From positions 1,115,576 through 1,179,575 of the forward strand of contig JBJCIZ010000028.1 in assembly GCA_051294375.1 (NCBI GenBank): DNA of 64,000 nt. The letters are read 5' to 3'. Shown here piece by piece: positions 21,201-32,313 of this stretch. The notes beneath the pieces are model-generated. The model saw nothing but the letters and a program-made list of their open reading frames with translations. It was not told the origin of the DNA and ran no database searches. The position numbers were made by a program, and so were the translations under genes. Origin of the DNA: Paraspadella gotoi (taxonomy: Eukaryota > Animalia > Chaetognatha). Position 1 is the first letter of the stretch; each line of letters opens with the position of its first letter.

Positions 21201-24200
21201 GAGGAGGAGGAGGCGAGGAGGGGAAGGACGCCGCCGGCGAAGGTGAGGGAGGAAGAGGAATCATAGACATCGAGTGAGGTGAGGCAGCGGAGGCGGGAGA
21301 GGGAGAGGAGAGCTGCGGAGGATTCAGTCCAAAAAGGGAAAAGTCATTGACTCAATTGCATAATTTAATTAGTAATTCATTTTTTCATGTCTGATGAAAG
21401 ATGCGCTTATGGTGGACTAAAACCCACCAACCGTTCATCAGGCGGCCATTGGTGCCGGAGGCAAGTCATTCGCCTCCCAACCCAAAGGTCCGGGGTTCTA
21501 GCCGGTGGTCGTCTGGCAGTTAAGAGGGACGGGGCGCTTAACCCGCCTGTAACATGGTGTTACAGCCTGATCCGAAGCTCGGGACTGCTTATATTGAACG
21601 GTTCTGTCATTAACACTTATCACTAATTACTGTCTCTTCATTGGTGAGCCCGACTTCCGAACACAACAACACTTTCAGGCGACATGCCTCAACCTGGCGA
21701 TGCACTTTCCGCCACAACACATCAGGCGACATGCCTCAACTTGGTGACGCACTTTCCACCAACAACAACAATTCACTGAAGAGACGCAACAGACATCTTC
21801 CTACGGGAGGGGGGGATATATGGTGGACTAAAACCCACCAACCGTTCTATCAGCGGCCATTGGTGCCGGAGGCAAGTCATTCGCCTCCCAACCCAAAGGT
21901 CCGGGGTTCTAGCCCGGTGGTCGTCTGGCAGTTAAGAGGGACGGGGCGCTTAACCGCGCCTGTAACATGGTGTTACAGCCTGATCCGAAGCTCAGGGACT
22001 GCTTATATTGAACGGTTCTGTCATTAACACTTATCACTAATTACTGTCTCTTCATGCTGTTTTATTCATTTTCTCATTATTTTGTTCATTTTATTCCATT
22101 TCATTGCCACGTGTCTTTTCTCTACATCTCTACGCTAATTGGACGGTACGTTGCCATAATTTTCGATTATATACATGACAACATGCAAATGAGATTGAGG
22201 AACTCAATCCCACTTCAGACAATCACAGATTAATCCGCTACATAATCCCTATCTCCCCTTCTCCCTCATCAGTAATCCAACTCCCCTCTCCCCCCTTCCC
22301 TCATCAGTAATCCCCAACTTCCCTTCTCCTCCTTCCCTCATCAGTAATCCCAACTCCCCTTCTCCCCTTCCCTCATCAATAATCCCCATCTCCCCTTCTC
22401 CTCCTTCCCTCATCAGTAATCCCACTCCCTTCTCCCCCTTCCTCTCAATAATCCCCATCTCCCCTTCTCCCCCCTTCCCTCATCAATAATCCCCATCTCC
22501 CCTTCTCCCCCCTTCCCTCATCAGTAATCCCCATCTCCCATATCAATAATCCCCATCTCCCCTTCTCCCCCTTCCCTCATCAGTAATCCCCATCTCCCAT
22601 ATCAATAATCCCCATCTCCCCTTCTCCCCCCTTCCCTCATCAGTATCCCCATCTCCCATATCAATAATCCCCATCTCCCCTTCTCCCTCCTTCCCTCATC
22701 AGTAATCCCCAACTCCCTCTTCCCTCCTTCCTCATCAATAATCCCCATCTCCCCTTCTCCCTCCTTCCCTCCTCAGTAATCCCCAACTCCCCCTTTCCTC
22801 ATATCCATTTTCTCTAGGGCCTAATCTATTGCCTAACCATTGCAGGCCTCCACCAGCAATAAGGTATCGTCAGGGTGGCACATTCCGGTGCCGAGGACGG
22901 GAACAATTCTCTATTCGAAACCCCCCCCACATTAGCCTTTTGTCTCCCCAAAAGGCGAGACACCGCCGCGTGTGACCAGACATGTGAAACAGAACAAAAG
23001 TCAAACGAAAAATAGTCTCCCGGCCTCAGCGGCAGCAGAGCTGCTGCAGGGCCAGTCCCGACGCTGCATCACTCTGTCGAAGTGCTGCTGAGCCGGGAAC
23101 GCGTCACTTCTTTTTTCGCGCTCTATGTGATCAGTCGCTTTCGCTTATTTTAGCTTTTTTCGATTATTATTCGGACTTTCCTTCGATATTATTGCTTTTT
23201 CATATCGAATTTTGAACTTTCACGCTCGTCTCTTTTGTTTTATTCGACGATCGTAAGAATTCGCGCGATTAATCTCGAGAAGCGATCGCGCGATCGCAGT
23301 TCGACAAAATCTTCGGTTTCGACCAAGGGTTTGAGGGACCCTGAGATTCACGTGGGCGCGACTGCGTCGCCAGCTCTCGCCCCCGGTCGGTGTTCTCTCC
23401 ACCCTCCTCTGCTTTAGGCGCTGTCTTCCGTTACCTCGGTTACGGCGCCTCGGCCGCACGCGCAGGGGCGCCGCAACCCGGCACAGTGTGTCGGTTCGGG
23501 GGGTGGACAGCCTACACGCGCCCTGGGGAGGGCGAGCGCAACGGCTGGAGGCCTGGAAGTATTTTGAAGGACGCCCTCACGTTTTCAAGGAATCGGGATT
23601 CGCTTCGCCAGGAGATGGAAAGATTTCCGCCGGTGAGCTTAATGTGGATTTGTCTGTTATTCGAAGTCGTTTGCAAATTCTTTCTATTTGCCCCTCCATC
23701 AAATTTTGTTTCTCTTTTCTTTCTTTCTTTCGTTTTTTATTTTTTATATTTTTGTTCACACGCCGCGTTTTTTCTCGTACTGAGGCTAATGTGGGGGGGT
23801 TTCGAATAGAGAATCTGTAATTCTGAATGGAATTATGATTCTTATCGAAACCCCCCACATTCTCCCGCCGCCGCCCCTTTCGCCTCCGGTGGGTGTGTCC
23901 GGGTGTGGTTCGTTTCCGTTTTTTCTGTTGTGTAGTTTCAAATATTTCTTTTTTGCTGAATATTTGTGGATAGAGAGAAAGAAGGGGGGGGTTTCCTCGA
24001 TTTGATATGTAATCTAATTCTCGTTTTTTGCTTACGTTCATGTGATTCTTATCGAACGGACGACTTCACTTCGCCTTTCCCTTCGCCGCTGGTCCTTGAC
24101 GAGTCCTTCGCTTCCAGAGAGCAGTCCCGCCCACGGGCTCCTGCCTCGGCCTCTAGACGCAACGGCGTCGCCTTCACCGCCTGGACGGCACACGCGCGTC

Positions 24201-27200
24201 GCACCCAGCTCGGACTGGACACACCCTCATCGGGAGATGGAGAGGTGAGGTCCGACCCAGACGTCGTGCGGCGCTTCTACGCCTTGCAGCCCGCCGCAAG
24301 GAGCTGGCGTCGCCGTCTGATGGATTTCGAAGCAATGGCGTTCGCTTCGTCACGTCTCGGAGTCAGGGAGTTGGCGAGAAGCTGGAGTCTCGCCACAACC
24401 TCCGCAACCTCGCGCCTTCGTCGTTGGGTGGACACGCCTCACCGGCGTGTTTCTACTTCCAGATCACGACGGGTGTTTGATATCCGCCTTCCGAAGCGGC
24501 TATCTACACCAGTTATCCTGTCTACCGTACTTTAACTACGTCACATACGCATGCAGGAGGCGGGGCGCGTCGGGTCACGCCGCTCTTTTGTCGCCGACGA
24601 GCTACGCCTTTTGTCGGACGCCATCAAGGCGGGTATTTCAGCGATCAGGTGGTGGAGGCGCATCTCTCGCTGGCTTCGCCCCTACGCGATATTGCGTCCA
24701 TCCAGGCAACCGCGTTTAACGCTGCGCTTTTGGAAGTTCGACGTCGGTTTTGTCGAAGGCGCCGTCCGATCTGCGTGGGCGCTGCAGGACGCCGCTCCCA
24801 CCGAGAGGTTTTTCTTCGGAAATCGCTCGGATCAAGTTTCAGTCAGCGGTCAACGCCGCCTTAATCCGATCCGCCGCACGCCCTCGCTTTCTTGATAACG
24901 TCGTCAAGGTTTCAAAGCGCGTCGAAGTCCAACTTCAAGCCGCGGAAGAGCGGCAAGAAGCCCTACTCGTTCAAGAAGTCGAGAAACGGGCAGGACAGGG
25001 AGCCAAGCCTGCGAATGACGGGTTTCTCCGCCGATGCAGTCGCCGCCTCGTCCGCTGCAGGCCCCCTTCAAGATCGGATTTCGTCTCAGGACTCGATTCT
25101 GGATCAGCCGGCGCTTCTCCCTCATCTACGGGTGGGAGGGAGGCTCCGTTATTTTCGCCCCTTTTGGGAGACTGGTCGGCGCCACACCTCTCCAATTTTG
25201 ACGAAACATTTCGGGCTTCAAGATCGCCGATGCGGAGGCGATCCAACCCGTCTTCCTCGCTTCCTTCGCCTGCCGACGCGACGCCATCTTTCGGCCAGAG
25301 GGACGACGGCGGTCGAAGCGGAATCTCCGCCGCCTTGGAGAAGGGTGCGATCGAGGAGGTAGAGCCTCTCCGGGTTTTACTCCAGGATCTTCCTTGTGCC
25401 GAAGAAGGATGGAGGGTGGAGCCCATTCTCAACCTGAAGCGTCTCAACGCCGCTTTTTCTCTCACCTCCGTATTTCCGCATGGAAGGGGTCAAGGACATC
25501 AGGAAGAGTTTGACGGGAGATTGGGGCGCCTCAATCGACCTACGCGACGCTTATCTCCCCCTTCCGCTTCACGAGGAGCATCGAAAGTTTTGTCGATTCT
25601 TTTGGAGGGTCGGATCCTTTCAGTACAAGGTTCTTCCCTTCGGTTTTGGCGACGGGCCCGTGGCTCTTCACGAAGACACGCGCCCGCTAGTTCAATGGCT
25701 GAGGCAAGAAGGCATTCGTTGTCTCTTCTATATATCGATCGAACATCCTCATCTGGGTCTCGAAGGAGGAGTGTCACAAAGCGACGTGAAGGCGTCCAAC
25801 TGCTCTTGGAGGCGGGTATTCAATTCTCCCACCGGGAGAAGTCGAGCCTGACTCCCTCTCAGTTCCTTCATTTCCTCGTTTTCATTGGACGGTCAGTTCT
25901 TCATCAGAGCTCGCTCCGCCGCCCAAGTTGGCAATCGATCGGAAGTTTAGCGACTTTCACTTCCTCTCCGTCGTCTTCTCCGCCGGGGTTTTATCCTTCA
26001 GTTTCTCGTAACGCCACGGCGGCCAGCTCGCAGTTGCCGCTTCTCCGTTGCCACTGCGCGATAAACTTCAACCGCGTCTACCACCCGAGAAGGATTCGAC
26101 GCACAACGCTGTTAGACGCTTTCCAAGCGGCGGGAGGAGCTAGAGTGTGGTCAGTCGCTTGCCTGGAGACTGCTGGCGTCGCGCCGGTGGACGATCTGTG
26201 CTTCCAGAAGATTGCGGCCCACGTGAGTGACGGACCGGATTTGCCTCGGCAGGAGGGTTGGGGCATCCTTTTCCAGGAGAGCTTCTCACCAGGGGACCTG
26301 GGAGGCTGCAGATGTCCATCCACCATATCAAATGTAAGGAGTTCATTGGTGTGAAATCTTCCTCTCATCGATTCGGGCAGCTCTCTCGAGAGAATACGAA
26401 TTCTTCCTTTGGTAGGCCGACAGTCTGTGGTGTCGTGCTCTTCTCCAGCGCACCGTGGCAGCCGTCGAACGGAGCTACACCGATTGTCCGGGAGCTCTGC
26501 TGATCGCCCATACCCTGGGGATCCGTATCACCGGGAGTCACCTGTCGTCAGAGGAAGAACTGGTGAGCGGATGCGGCGTCGAGTGGGCACGCGCTAGCTT
26601 GCGTAATGTGGCATCTCCTTCCCACGGATCTTCCGTCAGATCTGCGAGACCTTCGGCCAATCCCTCCATCGATCTTTTGGCGACGAAGGACCGACGGCAG
26701 GCGCGCCGTTTTCTTCTCTTGGAAGGCGGAAAGGGCCCAACGGAGGGTGTGGACGCCTCCGCCCAGATTTGGAACTTCGATCGGGCAATTTTCTCTTTCC
26801 TACCACTTCACCTCCCCGAGCGTCATCCGGAAGCTTGGAGAGTAGTCGGGGATCTTCCTCCTGATCGCCTCTGTCTTTCTGGCCAGCCCAAGTGGTTCCC
26901 GTTCCGTGTTGTGAACCTGAAGATTCTGGAGGGCTCGACGGCCTTCCGTCCGAGACGCCTCATCGACCGAGCACACGGATCTCGCGCCGCCGCAAGCTCC
27001 GACCGTCCTCAAGCTGCGCTGCGTTTGGCAGTTTTCGGCGGCTGCGAACAACCTCGAGACGACTCAGACGACTCGGCCTGACATCATCGCCCGACAAGCT
27101 GAGAGAGGCTCGACGCGAGATCGTTACGCTCGAGGCTGTGCTGGACCGTCCTTCTGCTCTTTTCCTTCAAATGTAAGGAAAGTTCGAGGACTTGATGCGT

Positions 27201-30134
27201 CTCGAAAGGATTGTTCTGGAAGTACCTAGCCATCTCGTTCGGGTTAGGCTTTGTCGTACAGGCACCGTGTGAAACCTTCACAACGCACTCAGCGATTCGG
27301 GGGTTTCGCACCCTTGCCCGGCACAGCGGTTCGTACTCGGTGGGGGAACACCCCTCGTTCGACGTGTCTCAAGGGGACCTTCGAGCGGCTCCCCCTACTC
27401 GCCGGATTGTTCCTCTCCCTTTCCCTGTATGCGTCCTGTTATGGCGGCCTAGTTGGTTCTAAACGGCAGTTTGGACGTCGTGCCCTCCCGCCGTCTTCCC
27501 CGGCTCACGTCTCGGCGCTAATCTCATCTCTTTTCTTTTGGCACTCCTCGCTTCCGGCCAGGGAGGAGCCGTCGGAGATAGTTTCGCTCAAGTGTGATCA
27601 AGCCAAGTCTGCTCGGCTCGCCCGCGAGATATGGGACGTTTTTGTTCCGTCCAAGCTTTCCAAGACAGATCGCGTTGGCACATGGGCCCGTCCTTCAGGG
27701 GAGCGCCCTGCCGGCGTCCATCGGCGTTGCCCCATTGCGGCTCTTGAGGGAGTGCGCTTCGAGTCGCGACTGTTTAGCGCCGAGTCTCACGTTTTCCTTT
27801 CTGTTGCGCCCCTTCGCTCTCGCCGCCCTTTACTCGCTTTCGCCTCAACGGTTTGCGGGCGATTCCTAAAGGCGCTCTTTTTGGAGCGAATGTCGACGCT
27901 CCGGCAGTCTACTCGTGCCATGGCGGTCTCGGAAGCCTCTTCGCCGCGAGCAGCGTCGATCTCGGCGTCTTCCTCAGGGCCGGAGTCTGCGTCCGGAATA
28001 TCAGACCTTCTCTCCGGTTTTACTGCAGGGACGTCCATGGGGGCGCTTCGTTTGGCGTTTCTCGGACTAGTGACGCGTTCCCCGCTCCTGAAAAGCGTGC
28101 GCGCGCAAGGCACTTCGACAGAGTGATGCAGGCGTCGGGACTGGCCCTGCAGCAGCTCTGCTGCCGCTGAGGCGCGGAGACTATTTTTTCGTTTGACTTT
28201 TGTTTCTGTTTCACATGTCTGGTCACAGCGCGGTGTCTCGCTTTTGGGGAGACAAAAGGCTAATGTGGGGGTGGGTTTCGATAAGAATCATAATTCCATT
28301 CAAGAATTAGCAGATTCTCGTCTTTCACACCGTCCCGCTTTGCGACGGAAGGTTTAAGTGTCTAGTCGTCAGTCATTCGGACGACGGGCGTCTCCCGGCT
28401 GAAGGTTCACCAGCTTGCTATGCCTGTAAACCTGAAGGTCAATCTCTCTGCACAAATTGAACAAAAAACTGGTTTATGGATTTTTCTTGGCAAAGATATT
28501 GTGTAGTACCCTGCCCTTTGGGTTGTGAAGCAGATAATGAAAAAAGAGGAAAAAAGACGATGTTTTGTCGTTATTATAAACAATAACCTTACGCAATGAA
28601 AGAAAGAATCAGAAAAATGCATAATTTTTCATATTTTTATGCTTTAAGATGTTATGACTTATTGACCAAATGACCAAAGTGAATTAGAAAGGATGGGTCT
28701 ACTGATAGTAGATTTAATTAAAAACTGATGAATCATTGGTATTGTTCTTTAAAAACAAGGCCTGATGTGATGTGTGCAGCCTGTACTAACCAATTCCCTA
28801 ACCACTACCCCTCCACCACTATCCCATCCCTCACCTTTATCCGTGAGCCTCGTATGCAGGACGAGGAATTTGAGTCTCGGGAAAGACTCGACGAATCGAT
28901 CGGCGGCAGAAGAATCGAAGGTCGGGAGTCGAACCGACTTGAGACGAGAGAAACTCGTTTGGGTCAAAGTCTGGACGAAAGGGCGCACTACGGTGGGCGT
29001 GGCAGAGGATAGAGATTCGTCGCAACAGAGGGACAGGACGGCGTCCTGAAGGGAAAAGGGAATTATTCATTGTCGTTGTAAAGCGATAGTAAGTTATAAT
29101 TTAAATTAAATTTGATTAAAATTACAAATAAACTTGGACCCGAAAGCTTGACTTGAGAAATAATTATACAATTTAATAAGAAAATCAATTTAAATTGAAG
29201 TGAAGAAGCGATAGAATCGCTTTGTTCCAACTGACCCCAAATTCCCTCACCTCGTGCTGCAGATGACAGATCGAAGGCAGAAGATCGAAAATTCTTCTCA
29301 CTTTTGCTACGGAGACTCGAGTCTCGCTCACGTTGAGACGAGACAGACGCGGCGCTGCCGGGACTGAATCTGGCGCTGCAGCCGGTGCTGTGGCCTCGTT
29401 TCCCGCGCCGACGGATCGCAGCCGCGCGTCGAGTGCAACGGCGAGGGCGTGGCTGGCGAGGAGATCGACGGCAGCGTCCGTGACTCCGGCGCAGCCCTGC
29501 AGAGACAATTCCCGCAGCGCTGGACAGTGGGCGGCGACGGCAGCGACGACGCCGTCGTCCGCCAGAGTCCAACAGAGACTGAGTGTCTGAAGATGCGGAG
29601 AGCGAGAGGCGAAGGAGGAAAGGAGAGAGAGGGAGACGCCTTTGCACATATCGAGATAGAGATGGCGGAGGGAGGTGAGGTGGGGGGAGACTGGGGGGGG
29701 GAACATCCACTTAGTAGGAAATGTCATATCGTGAGAAATGAACAAGAAAACTATCAAATTTTGAATATAAAACTGACGGGCATTCCTGGAGATTAATACG
29801 ATCGTCAAACAAAACGAACAAAATTATAATAAAACTAACCATTGGCGAAAAAGGCGCTGTCGATGGAAACGGCTTTATTGCAGATGGAGAGATCCAATCG
29901 ATTGACTCTCGATCGCAAGAGAATCTCTAGATGGCGCCGCTTGAGTCGCTTTTGATCCAAGAGCGCCGCTAGAATCATTTCCACCAAATCCGGCGTCAAG
30001 CCCTCGAAGGGTGAGACGACACCGTCCGCAAGACCGGCGCCCCGGGAATTCCCGGCGCTCCAAGAGTCCATGTCGCGCGCGATGGCGTCGACGCAGCGCT
30101 GCTTGAGACGCGGCGGCGCAGCTTGACGAGGCAT
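17853..30134 (-). CDS. Leucine-rich-repeat protein (cysteine-containing LRRs) with an N-terminal BC-box/Cul2-box-like motif
   Basis: Exons ~30134-29840, ~29710-29250 (LRHLYLDMCKGV, LQTLSLCWT, LRELSLQGCAGVTDAAV), ~29045-28835, ~21312-21083 (LRCLTSLDVY, LRELTL), ~18797-18580, ~18137-17853 (LRLLRLVDCGGVT). The phase-1 junction 28835/21312 fits. Later exons contain frameshifts that may be sequence errors. Confidence 0.7.
19540..19970 (+). repeat. G-rich degenerate minisatellite (GGGGTAGGGTATTAGGTAAA-like), G-quadruplex-prone
   Basis: Read directly; intronic. Confidence 0.8.
21408..22054 (+). mobile_element. Miniature non-autonomous LTR retrotransposon (TRIM) with a tRNA-like sequence in each LTR (Helenus-like)
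   Basis: LTRs 21408-21640 and 21819-22054 (TATGG...CTTCA). PBS TGGTGAGCCCGAC at 21642. PPT GGGAGGGGGGGA at 21805-21816. Flanks CGCT/TGCT (4-bp TSD with one transition). Interior is ~180 bp and non-coding. Confidence 0.88.
22250..22800. repeat. C-rich ~36-38-bp minisatellite (CTCCCCTTCTCCCCCTTCCCTCATCAGTAATCCCCAT)
   Basis: Read directly; intronic, just left of the DIRS insertion. Confidence 0.9.
25120..27040 (+). pseudogene. DIRS pol region: reverse transcriptase, RNase H, adenine-methyltransferase-like domain
   Basis: Motifs are spread across ORFs 24892-25362, 24750-26354, 25480-25851, 26258-26503 and 26455-27081. Confidence 0.85.
27040..28126 (+). pseudogene. DIRS tyrosine recombinase
   Basis: ORF 27251-28126 holds a degenerate R-x-S-E box (PSEIVSL), the K loop (SKTD), CPI and an H-x-x-R-equivalent segment (QSTRAMAVS). 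Confidence 0.75.
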
Positions 30135-30635
30135 GGCTGCGTTGAGACGACGACGAAGAGGTTGATGATGAAGACGACAAAAAGTATATCGAGTTTGGCA
30201 TTTTTGAGAAAATCTTTCTTAAAATAAATATGAAACAAGTCAAAAGATGTAACAATTGAAACAAAAATGTTCGATAAAGCCAGTAGTGTCCAGCAAAATC
30301 GGTTTTTTTAAAGAAGATAAATAACGATATACGAATTTAAATCACTCGCCTAAATAGAAAAAAATATATAGATGGTCAAAAAACTGACAAACGTGAATAA
30401 ATATATAGAAATGACAAAATCGAAGTTGACAAAAACGCGCGAATAAAAAATTCGAAAGCCGAAAACAATTCACGTCTTTGCCGACGAAATTCGGTGGGAA
30501 CCGACAAATTCGATCTTTGCTTTAATTAATTAATTAACATCAATAATGCCGTGTTACACTGACTGCACTGATTAAATCCCTTGTCGGTCATTATTGGTCG
30601 GTTCGATCTTTACCGACAAAGTGCTAGATCGTTCG

Positions 30636-32313
30636 TCATTGGTCGGTTCGATCTTTGCCGAACAAATTCTCAACAATATTTAGTTTACAGAGCGGACAAG
30701 ACCGATGCCCGACAAGCCAGGCGTCGACGCAGCGAGGATGGAACTCGTGACCGCAGGGCAAGAGGCGGATCTTTTGATTCCAGCGGAAGTCGGACAGGCA
30801 GATCGGGCATGTCTGGGATTCGAACCGGGCACCTCGCTTGGGGCTTATCTGGAAGATAGATATAAAAAGAGATTTTAAGTCTTAGTCTAAAGTCAAATCA
30901 TTCAAATGTCTGTAAACAGGCCTTTCTTAACAGGCCCTACCTGATATCTCGTATCGGGTCATACCTGATATCTCGTGACAGGCATGGCCCGCAGCGCGTC
31001 CCGCGCCAGCCGCCGCAGAGAAATCTCCACGTCTCTCTCACAATCATAAACTCGAGGAACGAATTCGGATCTTCGTTGCGCGTCGCCGCTGCAGCGCAGT
31101 CGCAGCAGCAGGAAAAGGCAGAGGGTGAGGCTGGCGGAGTAGAGCAGATGCCACAGGTGTAGAGGCCACAGGTGCAGGGAGCGAAGGTCGAACCGGGTGC
31201 CGAGAGATTCTCCTCCTCTTCCTTTCCCAGATTCGTCCAAGCAGACGACGCCCTGCCATTCGTAGAAGGCGCCCGAGTATGACCGACCACATCGTGCCCA
31301 GGGGGTCACGTCGCCGATCGGGGGCACGGCCGAGGCGGCGCGGAGCCCGAACGGCACGCGGCGACGACTAAAGCGCCAAGGAAAAGGGCGCGGTCTTTTC
31401 AATCTGAATCTTGAGACGATGGCGCGGCCGAGGAGGGAGACGTTGGCTTCGGCTGCGCGAAGGACGACGACGGGCCGTTCCAAGATCCGGGCAAAGGTGC
31501 GCTCGAGGCGATTGACGAGTCGAGGGTGGAGGGCGAGGACGACGACGGCGGAGGCGCCTAACATCATGGCGCGATGGACTTGATCGAGAAGGTGAGCTGA
31601 AGGAGGCTGAGAATGGAGGGTTGAAGGAATTAGGGTTAATCAAATGACATTTCTTAACTTAACAAATTAGGGTTAATCAAATGACATTTCTTAACTTAAC
31701 AAATTAGGGTTAATCAAATGACATTTCTTAACTTAACAAATTAGGGTTAATCAAATGACATTTCTTAACTCAACAATTTCCTCACCTTCACAAAACTCTC
31801 CCTCCTTGTAGGCGCGTGAAGCCAAGCGATCCAATCTAAACCAAATTTCGTCTTATTGACGCCATTAATCTCCGACTTTATTTTATCGGCGTCATTTTCA
31901 TCGGCGTTGATCCCCTCGTCGAAATCAATTGCGGCGTCGCAGTCTTTTCCCTCGACGACGCCGGTCCACGACGCCGCTCGACGCCGCATTCGATCATCGA
32001 CGACGCCGTCGCCGATCCACGACGCCGCTCGATACTCGACGAATTCTGCGGCGACAGAGAGAAAGACATCGACCGACGCATCGTTGTCGGCAAAGTTGTG
32101 TCGGTCGTCACCCGCATTGATCCCCTCGACGGATTTTGTCGGCTTGATCAACTCTGTCGGCTCCGTCGGCTCCGTCCCGGTCGTGGGCCGAACCACGAGG
32201 CTGACGAAGAGGAGAGAGAGAGAGACGAAGCCCAAGAGGCACGGAGGGTGATCAAAGAGGCTGCGTCGTTGGGGGCAGATGGAGCAAAAGTGGAGGAAGG
32301 GGTGGAGATGCAT
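30636..32313 (-). CDS. RNF215: RING finger protein 215 (PA-TM-RING-H2 E3 ligase)
   Basis: Three exons (~32313-31786, ~31596-30965, ~30848-30636). WARCGRSYSGAFYEWQGVVC resembles the RNF215 luminal motif; a TM helix follows. The terminal exon reads CPICLSDF...LLPCGHEFHPRCVDAWLVGHRSCPLCK. One apparent frameshift near 31560. Confidence 0.8.
31628..31778. repeat. 37-bp tandem repeat x4 filling RNF215 intron 1
   Basis: Unit AATTAGGGTTAATCAAATGACATTTCTTAACTTAACA. Confidence 0.93.

Larger units (their letters stand above)
22906..28319 (+). mobile_element. DIRS1-type tyrosine-recombinase retrotransposon, full length, with frameshifted ORFs
   Basis: ITRs ~22915-23085 and ~28110-28281, right extension to 28319, ICR 23783-23861. 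RT motifs: VGGRLRYFRPFW, LEKGAIEEV, PILNLKRLN, SIDLRDAY, FQYKVLPFG, LRQEGIRCLFYI. RNase H: GWG..., HIKCKEF. Methyltransferase-like: PSIDLLAT...GVDASAQIW. YR: SEIVSL, SKTD, CPIAAL, STRAMAVS. ATTCTC occurs at both ends. Confidence 0.92.

Noticed and set aside
21442-21512. tRNA-Gly(CCC) gene
   Set aside because: The anticodon and D stems pair poorly and it lies inside an LTR; treated as tRNA-derived.
22863-22911. Hammerhead ribozyme (CTGACGA on the minus strand, GAAA in the other DIRS flank)
   Set aside because: Stem II and III registers do not fit the catalytic core, and the pairing works better on the + strand.
24040-28126. Programmed frameshifting in the DIRS ORFs or the LRR gene
   Set aside because: Indels are too numerous and also affect host genes and duplicated copies nearby; decay or consensus error is more likely.
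30800-30850. GGTTCGAATCCC B-box suggesting a tRNA on the minus strand
   Set aside because: It falls in the RNF215 RING exon (ARFESQ codons) and forms no cloverleaf.
31628-31778. TTAGGG as an interstitial telomere
   Set aside because: Only one hexamer per 37-bp unit.
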